Origin: an uncultured Planctomycetales bacterium
Lineage (GTDB): Bacteria; Omnitrophota; Gorgyraeia; Zapsychrales; Fredricksoniimonadaceae
Length of the DNA: 64,000 nt
Assembly (NCBI GenBank): GCA_964483535.1
Contig: CAZABZ010000001.1
Location: 8,594 to 72,593, forward strand
Direction of reading: 5' to 3'
Within the stretch, counting starts at the first letter, position 1. Below are more notes on the stretch, generated by a model. That model was not told where the DNA came from and did not search any database. It saw nothing but the letters and a program-made list of their open reading frames with translations. The stretch is not shown here.

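Noticed and set aside
5748-63617. About 150 ORFs of 60-220 aa on the + strand in the ORF track (e.g. 24653-25318, 19659-20120, 43107-43586, 33131-33532)
   Set aside because: All lie antisense to the single long minus-strand frame. They have skewed low-complexity composition (P/S/T/R/C-rich), no RBS, and no recognisable motifs. Long open antisense frames are expected opposite a 58-kb coding sequence.
5549-64000. Possibility that the giant ORF is a chimeric mis-assembly of many unrelated genes
   Set aside because: The frame is continuous with no stops for 58 kb. Junctions between modules are in-frame linkers rather than intergenic-like sequence. No internal RBS/start contexts were seen. Composition is uniform. 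Without read data this cannot be fully excluded, so it is noted as a caveat rather than adopted.
1-64000. Search for tRNA/rRNA genes, CRISPR arrays, IS/transposase or integrase genes
   Set aside because: No cloverleaf-compatible conserved tRNA boxes, no regularly spaced short direct repeats and no transposase- or integrase-like ORFs were seen. The only sizeable DNA repeat is the intragenic 405-bp pair reported above.

Overview
The window is dominated by one uninterrupted minus-strand ORF (5549..64000, at least 19,480 codons, about 58.4 kb). Its 5' end runs off the window: the first in-window residues (MNAGGVISQ...) carry no start context or signal peptide, so the gene is longer than shown. 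The translated product is a mosaic of recognisable catalytic and structural modules. Reading N to C these are: four or more tandem divergent beta-rich modules of roughly 230 aa; a Gly/Ala/Ser-rich region; TPR/Sel1-like helical repeats; a SecA-like DEAD ATPase motor; an HExxH motif; a Pro/Gly and Ser/Thr/Val low-complexity linker; several clusters of predicted transmembrane helices; a long coiled-coil followed by a GH24 (T4/lambda-type) lysozyme domain; a B12-binding plus radical-SAM module with a Cx4Cx2C cluster; a phosphodiester-glycosidase-like segment; a PEP-synthase/rifampin-phosphotransferase-like ATP-grasp plus swivel phospho-His module; an HxGH nucleotidyltransferase plus P-loop kinase (NadR-like) module; and a RelA/SpoT (RSH, toxSAS-like) synthetase domain bracketed by a 405-bp intragenic direct repeat. 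A PilZ-domain gene lies 30 bp downstream with a strong RBS. Next comes a 207-bp AT-rich spacer and a 1295-aa signal-peptide protein of unknown function on the same strand. The 3' part of mutL, with intact endonuclease motifs, converges on it from the + strand. I found no rRNA, tRNA, CRISPR or IS elements. Every +-strand ORF in the track inside 5.5–64 kb is antisense to the giant gene and is treated as spurious. Size, mosaic catalytic content and moderate GC resemble the giant genes reported from Omnitrophota and other predatory or episymbiotic bacteria, but I cannot confirm taxonomy from this window. All domain calls rest on motif recognition by eye and need HMM or structure confirmation.
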